This document shows, piece by piece, positions 56,539 through 62,199 of a DNA stretch of 62,199 nt. The translations under genes were made by a program, and so were the position numbers. Source of the stretch: a virus (lineage: Duplodnaviria > Caudoviricetes). Location of the stretch: the IMG/VR virus record IMGVR_UViG_3300043449_001468, positions 1 to 62,199 of that record. The stretch is one strand, 5' to 3'. The notes beneath the pieces were generated by a model that saw only the letters and a program-made list of their open reading frames with translations, did not search any database and had not been told where the DNA came from. Position 1 is the first letter of the stretch, and each line of letters opens with the position of its first letter.

Positions 56539-56547
56539 GGAACATTC

Positions 56548-58329
56548 ATGGATACACCACTCTACGAACCAACAGGATTTTCACTCAAGATTTTCAAGGA
56601 TCGCTATGCCTTCACTCCGGAAGAATCGTGGGCCGAAGCCTGCGAACGTGTGGCGCGCCAGATGTCGGTCGCCGAGACGCCAGAAAAACAAAGGACTTAT
56701 GTGGAAAAGTTTTATACGATCCTATCGTCGAATTTATTTGTGCCCGGTGGTAGAATTTGGTACAACTCAGGGCGACCGAACCCACAGCTCCTCAACTGCT
56801 TTGTGCTAAACCCCAACAAAGATAGCAAGGAAGGATGGGGAGAGTCGGCAAGAAACATGATCATCACGTCCATGACGGGCGGTGGATGTGGAGATGATTT
56901 TTCCGATGTGCGGCCCAAAGGTGCCAGCATTGCAGGTCAACGAGGTGCCGCTCCAGGGGCCGTAGAGTTGATGCGACTGATTGATAATTGTGCTGGTCCT
57001 ATCAGGAATGGGGGCCAACGCCGAGTCGCACTCATGTTTTCTCTGGACCTGGATCATCCTGACATTGAAGAATTCCTGAGTGCCAAATTGACCAAAGGAG
57101 AGTTGACCCATGCGAATGTGTCGGTACGCTCCAAGCATACCAAAGCCTTCATCAAAGCCGTCAAAGAGGATGGGGATTGGGAACTGCATTGGAAGGGTCA
57201 ATACAAGAAGACAATCAAGGCCCGGACTTTGTGGGATACCATCGTCAGGAATGCCTACAATTCTGCGGAGCCTGGGTTCCTCAATTGGGAATTGGTCGAA
57301 CATGAATCGAATATTTATTATATCGAGCCATTGTGTACCACGAATCCATGCGGCGAAATTGCCCTGGAACCGTTCGGCAACTGCTGTCTAGGGCATATCG
57401 TATTGTCGAGGTTTGTCGAAGATGGTGCGATTAACTATGCAAAACTAGGCGATACAATCAGATTGGGGGTTCGATTCTTGGACAATGTGCTCTCCGTGAA
57501 TCACTATCCCCTTCCAGAGATGAAGATCAAGGCCAACAATCTTCGGCGCGTTGGTTTGGGTACCACGGCACTCGCCGATACCCTTGCTCTCTTGGGATAT
57601 CGTTATGGTTCTGAAGAAGGTAATAAAGTTGTGGATAAACTCTATCGATTTATCTCCAAAGCGGCCTATGAGGCCTCGATTCTCTTGGCCGTAGAAAAAG
57701 GTCCATTTCCTCTTTGTGATCCCGCGAAGCACGTTGAATCCGGATTCATCTCTCGCATGCCCAGTAAGACCAAGAGTCTGATACTCGAACATGGTATCCG
57801 TAACTGCATGCTCTTGACCCAAGCGCCTACTGGTACTGTGAGCATACTTAGTGAGAATTGCAGTGCGGGCATAGAACCATTATTTTCGCCTGCCTATGAG
57901 CGCAGATATTGGGAAGGAGAGACACGCAAAACGGAATTGGTTTTTCATCCCCTCTTTGAGCGATTCATGCGGGAAGGGAAAACGGTCGATCATTTTGTGG
58001 GCTCTCGTGATCTATCGGTGCGGGATCATCTTGAGCTCCAAAAGATTGTACAGAAGCATGTGGATAACGCCGTTTCGAAAACCATCAACATTCCCCATGA
58101 CTATCCCATCGAGGACATGGAGAAAGCGTGGCTCGAATACCTACCCTATCTCAAGGGCACCACGTTCTATCGGGAATCAACTCGTGGATTTATTAATGCC
58201 GCGGGAGATGTGGAACTACCACCACTGTCGGCGATTCCTTTGAAAGATGCCAAACGTCGATTCAAAGAAACTCACACCACAGGCACCGAAGGTACCATGG
58301 AATGTCCATCAGGTGTGTGTCAGATCTAG
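56548..58329 (+). CDS. nrdJ: class II (AdoCbl-dependent) ribonucleotide reductase
   Basis: PGGR, NCFV, EPG, TNPCGEI, R.VGLG, APTGT.S, SKTIN, KG.T.YR, C-terminal CPSGVC; no small-subunit gene follows. Confidence 0.85.
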   Translation: MDTPLYEPTGFSLKIFKDRYAFTPEESWAEACERVARQMSVAETPEKQRTYVEKFYTILSSNLFVPGGRIWYNSGRPNPQLLNCFVLNPNKDSKEGWGESARNMIITSMTGGGCGDDFSDVRPKGASIAGQRGAAPGAVELMRLIDNCAGPIRNGGQRRVALMFSLDLDHPDIEEFLSAKLTKGELTHANVSVRSKHTKAFIKAVKEDGDWELHWKGQYKKTIKARTLWDTIVRNAYNSAEPGFLNWELVEHESNIYYIEPLCTTNPCGEIALEPFGNCCLGHIVLSRFVEDGAINYAKLGDTIRLGVRFLDNVLSVNHYPLPEMKIKANNLRRVGLGTTALADTLALLGYRYGSEEGNKVVDKLYRFISKAAYEASILLAVEKGPFPLCDPAKHVESGFISRMPSKTKSLILEHGIRNCMLLTQAPTGTVSILSENCSAGIEPLFSPAYERRYWEGETRKTELVFHPLFERFMREGKTVDHFVGSRDLSVRDHLELQKIVQKHVDNAVSKTINIPHDYPIEDMEKAWLEYLPYLKGTTFYRESTRGFINAAGDVELPPLSAIPLKDAKRRFKETHTTGTEGTMECPSGVCQI

Positions 58330-58341
58330 AGGAGGCACATA

Positions 58342-58725
58342 ATGAAAACGATTTTAGTGACAGTCATGATCCTGATGCTCTCAGGATGTTCTCTCTTCTT
58401 CATTCCTGTTTTTGATTCCAAGGAGTACGATACGCTTATTGAGATTGCCGCCAGCAGCTCTAGAGGCACCTGCACAACAGAAGAGACCGCGCATTTGGCA
58501 CGGCTGACAAATTATTTGCGATATTACACCGAATATCTTCCTCATAATGACCGCATTCATCTGGGGGTCATGGAACTCCAGCACACCGTCGATTCACTCC
58601 ATGCACAGACACTTAGGGAGTCCCTGGATCTTCCGATCACACCCACCTATTGTGCGTTGCGCCTTCGGGTCATCCATCGCATGGCGACGACCTTGGCCTT
58701 CGCCGCAGGGAGTAAAGCCTCATGA
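58342..58725 (+). CDS. putative lipoprotein
   Basis: Signal peptide with lipobox LSGC. Confidence 0.65.
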   Translation: MKTILVTVMILMLSGCSLFFIPVFDSKEYDTLIEIAASSSRGTCTTEETAHLARLTNYLRYYTEYLPHNDRIHLGVMELQHTVDSLHAQTLRESLDLPITPTYCALRLRVIHRMATTLAFAAGSKAS

Positions 58726-58967
58726 GTATTGCCACCCTGTTGACCTCACATGATACCAGCGCACAGGATCTCGGGTATCTACTTTCGGATATCGAAACGG
58801 CACTCAAGAGCAAGGCGTTGACGCAACAAGAATATGTGATCCTGATGGGTGATGTGGAGAGACTCCGCTTAATCGTAAAGTCCTCTAATAATCTCCAGCT
58901 TGATCAGGCGGCCCATGAGGCTATCGTGGGGGTGATTTCGCTGGCCAGTCTACTCAAGGTTCTCTGA
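58722..58967 (+). CDS. hypothetical protein
   Basis: Overlapping start and stop codons with neighbours. Confidence 0.55.
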   Translation: MSIATLLTSHDTSAQDLGYLLSDIETALKSKALTQQEYVILMGDVERLRLIVKSSNNLQLDQAAHEAIVGVISLASLLKVL

Positions 58968-59386
58968 TGGGGATTGTCTATAAATCTGGCTATAAGTATC
59001 AACTCTGCGCTCCCTATGAATATCAATTGCCGACGTATTTTCCTCCAGTGGCAGAGGAAATCGATACAGACTTTATATTCCTGGGCCAGGACAACCTGTT
59101 GATACTTGAAAAGGGTTATGCATGTGATGGTCCTTCGGGCCCCACCATTGATACAAAAAATTTCATGCGAGGCGCCTTTATTCACGACTGTCTCTATCAA
59201 CTCTGCCGAGAAGGATACCTTGAGAAGAACATCTATCGTCCTATTGCCGATCGTATTCTCTATGATGTGATTCGAGAAGATGGCATGTCGTGGCTCCGTG
59301 CGACATATATATACTATGGAGTCCGTTGGTGTGCTGTGCTCTTTGCTCGTAAAGGTACCGAAAAACCTCCACAGACTGCCCCCTAG
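58967..59386 (+). CDS. DUF1353-like protein
   Basis: GY..DG.S, A..HD.LYQ, AD......GM..LRA...Y.GVR. Confidence 0.75.
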   Translation: MGIVYKSGYKYQLCAPYEYQLPTYFPPVAEEIDTDFIFLGQDNLLILEKGYACDGPSGPTIDTKNFMRGAFIHDCLYQLCREGYLEKNIYRPIADRILYDVIREDGMSWLRATYIYYGVRWCAVLFARKGTEKPPQTAP

Positions 59387-59396
59387 GAGAGTGTCT

Positions 59397-59591
59397 ATGT
59401 TAGTTGCCTATTTTATCCTCATCATGATCTCTTCACAAGAGTGGCCCATGATGGCTGGGCCGTATACATATGAAGAGTGTTTGAGTGTCAAAGAGTTTTT
59501 GATTCGTCGAGACTATGATGTGAGTGGATGTGAACTGCTCCCACTACCCCAGGTCGATGCCGTGTCACTTGAAATTCCCTCGTTACCCTAA
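59397..59591 (+). CDS. small hypothetical protein
   Basis: SD AGGAG; hydrophobic N-terminus, GPY..EEC. Confidence 0.5.
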   Translation: MLVAYFILIMISSQEWPMMAGPYTYEECLSVKEFLIRRDYDVSGCELLPLPQVDAVSLEIPSLP

Positions 59592-59602
59592 TAAGGAGTC
59601 CT

Positions 59603-59788
59603 ATGATTTACAAGTATGTCTGTAGTTCGTGTGGGCATAGTGCCACGATCTCCTGTCACAGCTCCGATTCAACAATACTGTTTTGTCCATTTTGTGCCGA
59701 ATCGATTGATGAAGGAGACTCCGCTGTAGAACTCGATTATCGAGACGAATTTGAGGCAGACGTGCAGGACTCTGAGTATGACTACTGA
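59603..59788 (+). CDS. zinc-ribbon protein with acidic tail
   Basis: CSSC ... CPFC; SD AAGGAG. Confidence 0.65.
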   Translation: MIYKYVCSSCGHSATISCHSSDSTILFCPFCAESIDEGDSAVELDYRDEFEADVQDSEYDY

Positions 59789-60194
59789 ATGGACCTATCG
59801 AGGGGAACCATTCACAGATCCAGGTGCCCATTGGGGATTTGTCTATCGCATTACCTGTCTGACCAATGGTAAGCAATACATTGGAAGGAAAATATTCTCA
59901 ACGTCCAAGTCTCGCCAAGTCAAGAAGAAGCGCAAGAAGTACCGCGTCGAATCTGACTGGAAAACCTATTGGAGTAGTTCACAGGATGTTCAAGACGAGG
60001 TGGCACGACTGGGAGAAGCGCAGTTTACTCGTGAGATCCTGAGACTCTGTGATTCCAAGTCCTCTCTGGCCTACTGGGAAACCTATTACATTTTCCACTA
60101 TCATGCCCTCATTCATCCCAATTGGTATAATCAGTGGGTGTCCTGCCGAATCCGTCGATCCAATCTCAGAGCTACCGATATAGAAAACACTTGA
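59778..60194 (+). CDS. DenA/endonuclease II-like short GIY-YIG nuclease
   Basis: GFVY.IT...NGK.YIGRK, ESDWK.YW.SS, F.REIL.LC, WYN. Confidence 0.85.
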   Translation: MTTEWTYRGEPFTDPGAHWGFVYRITCLTNGKQYIGRKIFSTSKSRQVKKKRKKYRVESDWKTYWSSSQDVQDEVARLGEAQFTREILRLCDSKSSLAYWETYYIFHYHALIHPNWYNQWVSCRIRRSNLRATDIENT

Positions 60195-60220
60195 CATGAT
60201 AGCATCTATCGTGTTATAGT
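60191..60220 (+). promoter_or_regulatory. early promoter TTGACA-N18-TATAGT
   Basis: Boxes visible, followed by SD AAGGAGG. Confidence 0.65.
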
Positions 60221-60244
60221 GATGTATAATTACAAGGAGGTACT

Positions 60245-60475
60245 GTGATGCTTGATATTCTGTTCTGGGCGCTCTGTCTCATTGCGTTGGTGGTTGCGCT
60301 CTGTGTGGCATTGTTAGCGGGGATTGCCTGCTGGGTCCTGTTGCTGTATGTCATGGTCTTCTTGTTTGCCTTTGTGGTCACGGGTGTGGTAGCGGTCGTC
60401 GCCGGATTCGTATGGTGCTATGAAGCCAGTGTGAAGTTATATACCCGTGTGAAAAACACATTCAGGAGATCATAA
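60245..60475 (+). CDS. small, very hydrophobic membrane protein
   Basis: About 55 contiguous hydrophobic residues; strong SD. Confidence 0.6.
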   Translation: MMLDILFWALCLIALVVALCVALLAGIACWVLLLYVMVFLFAFVVTGVVAVVAGFVWCYEASVKLYTRVKNTFRRS

Positions 60476-60476
60476 T

Positions 60477-60599
60477 ATGCTCTATCCCATGAAATTCATC
60501 TTTGCCATCCTGATAGGGATTCCAAGTCTGTTGGACTATCTCTATGCACGGGGAAACTTGACGTGTGCGTTGTGGCCCAACACCGTGGGATGTCAATAG
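60477..60599 (+). CDS. 40-aa hydrophobic peptide
   Basis: SD AGGAG, ORF MLYPMKFIFAILIGIPSLL...CQ* (below the ORF-track cutoff). Confidence 0.4.
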   Translation: MLYPMKFIFAILIGIPSLLDYLYARGNLTCALWPNTVGCQ

Positions 60600-60742
60600 T
60601 AAGTGGCACAGGGTTCTGAAGAAGCCCTCGTGATATCAAATACTTCGATGTCAAAATACTTCTTGACATGGTGATGGTGATGTCGATGTGTTAGAGTGGA
60701 GACACCAGCTACACTCTTATACTATGAAAGGTGCTATCTACT

Positions 60743-61546
60743 ATGATTAGAGGGAGTATCCCACACAAAACGTTTTGTTTCCCCGTAGGTGAAATGCAAG
60801 TCGATCTCGATTTGTCTTATACGTTGCAACTCAGCGAGGCAAATGTACTGTTTACCTTTGAGAAAAACGAGGATATCATCGAATTATTGCTCTATTGTGA
60901 TGCGGTGACTCGCACCGGCATCCCTCTAGGCACACTCACGATGCCTTATGTGCCCTTTGGTCGACAGGATCGAGTGCGACAGGGTCAAGCGTTTTCTCTT
61001 GCGGTGTTTGCCACGCTGATCAATGCACTAGGTTTCCGTCAGGTCGTTATCAACGATCCACATTCCGATGTGACGCCCGCCCTGATTCATAATTGTCGAG
61101 TGATCGAACAATGGGAACCGATCTCTGAATTGATCCACACGAACGTGAGGGCTCCTTTTTGGTTGGTGAGTCCTGATGCCGGGGCACTCAAGAAAACCCA
61201 TAAACTGGCACAGATGATGTTGACGGTCTTTCCGATGCAACACATCCTTGCGCCTTGCCTAGGGGTCGTGGAGGCCAGCAAACAGCGAAATATGATGAAT
61301 GGTGACATTACGGGTACCGTGGTACATATAGATGCATGCGACCCCCAGGCAACCTATTGTATCGTGGATGATATCTGCGATGGTGGCCGCACGTTTATTG
61401 AGTTGGCGAGAGCCTTGCGAGTCAAGGGGGCCAAGACCATTCATCTCTATGTGACCCATGGTTTTTTCACCAAAGGTACACAAGTCTTTGCCGGTATCAT
61501 TGATCGGGTCTATGCCGTGCATGACCACTCAGCACGTTTTGTCTAA
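60743..61546 (+). CDS. ribose-phosphate pyrophosphokinase-like protein (Adps-like)
   Basis: FP.GE, MPYVP..RQDR, DPHS, VSPDAGA.KK, IVDDICDGG.TF, LYVTHG.F.KG. Confidence 0.88.
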   Translation: MIRGSIPHKTFCFPVGEMQVDLDLSYTLQLSEANVLFTFEKNEDIIELLLYCDAVTRTGIPLGTLTMPYVPFGRQDRVRQGQAFSLAVFATLINALGFRQVVINDPHSDVTPALIHNCRVIEQWEPISELIHTNVRAPFWLVSPDAGALKKTHKLAQMMLTVFPMQHILAPCLGVVEASKQRNMMNGDITGTVVHIDACDPQATYCIVDDICDGGRTFIELARALRVKGAKTIHLYVTHGFFTKGTQVFAGIIDRVYAVHDHSARFV

Positions 61547-61561
61547 CAAGGAGTCTATAGC

Positions 61562-62199
61562 ATGAACCTTCCTGCGATTCATATGTCGGATATGTACAAG
61601 GTCGATCATCGAAGACAATACCCTGCGGGTACCCAGAGTGTCTATTCGAACATGACGGCCCGCGGCTCACGGATTCCTGAGATTGACAGGGTCGTGGTGT
61701 TCGGACTCCAGTATTTTGTGCATGAATACTTGATGAGGCGCTTTAATCAAGACTTTTTCTGGCAACCCAAAGACGAAGTGATTGCCCAATACAAACGGCG
61801 ACTGGATGCCGCACTCGGCCCGAATGCCGTGTCGATGAAGCATATGGAGGCGCTCCACACGCTGGGCTATCTTCCCGTTCATATCAAAGCGTTGCCAGAG
61901 GGATCCCGATGCCCTTTGCGTGTGCCGTTTGTGACGATCACCGAGACGAAGGAAGAGTTTTTTTGGCTGACCAATTTCCTTGAAACCATTCTGTCCAATG
62001 TCGTATGGCATCCTATTACGTCCGCCACGATTGCGTATCACTATCGGGAGCTCCTGGATGCCGCGGCCGCCACGTCTTCGGATATTCCAGAGTTTGTCTC
62101 GTGGCAAGGGCATGACTTTAGTATGCGCGGCCATTCCAGCTTTGAGTCGAGTTGTGTGAGTGGCATGGCCCATCTCCTCAGTTTCACGGGTACCGATAC
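61562..62199 (+). CDS. nicotinamide phosphoribosyltransferase-like protein (Namat-like), 3' truncated by window end
   Basis: Hand translation: D.YK.DH..QYP.GT..VYSN.T.R, FGLQYF, LGYLP..IKALPEG, WLTN.LET, TSAT.A, HDFS.RG, HL.SF.GTD. Confidence 0.9.
   Translation, partial: MNLPAIHMSDMYKVDHRRQYPAGTQSVYSNMTARGSRIPEIDRVVVFGLQYFVHEYLMRRFNQDFFWQPKDEVIAQYKRRLDAALGPNAVSMKHMEALHTLGYLPVHIKALPEGSRCPLRVPFVTITETKEEFFWLTNFLETILSNVVWHPITSATIAYHYRELLDAAAATSSDIPEFVSWQGHDFSMRGHSSFESSCVSGMAHLLSFTGTD

Noticed and set aside
61667-62173. 168-aa minus-strand ORF
   Set aside because: Shadow of the Nampt-like gene on the + strand.
1-62199. Stop-codon reassignment, tRNA genes or rRNA
   Set aside because: Core genes are full length in the standard code and end in TAA, TAG and TGA. 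I saw no cloverleaf with a T-loop by eye; a tRNAscan-SE run would be needed to exclude tRNAs.

Overview
This is a 62 kb segment of a large T4-like myovirus (Tevenvirinae-like or cyanophage/pelagiphage-type gene order), almost entirely on the + strand. The core module runs uvsY(end)-uvsW-55-47-46 ... 45-44-62-regA ... 43-uvsX-40-41 ... 61-thyX-nrdJ. It carries sigma70-type early promoters (TTGAC-N17-TAnnnT) and T4-type late promoters (TATAAATA). Several accessory blocks are interleaved with the core. (1) A putative DNA-hypermodification cassette: GNAT-like/Asp-beta-hydroxylase fusion, PLP enzyme and amino-methyltransferase-fold protein. (2) A HEXXH-VWA plus CobS/MoxR AAA+ pair. (3) An 8.4 kb glycan-biosynthesis island containing a RuBisCO-like (form IV) protein and a methyltransferase frameshifted at a G7 tract. 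(4) A late-expressed block of proteins with T4 capsid-targeting-like N-termini and repeated prohead-protease-type (L/I)xE linkers, including two giant modular His/Lys-rich polyproteins, a ParB-NTase-kinase polyprotein and a ligase-motif protein. (5) GIY-YIG homing endonucleases with visible insertion scars. (6) A RyR-domain protein and a Prs-like + Nampt-like pair resembling the NARP1 NAD+ reconstitution pathway, cut by the window end. I saw no tRNAs, rRNAs or CRISPR arrays. All calls come from motif recognition by eye; no database searches were run.
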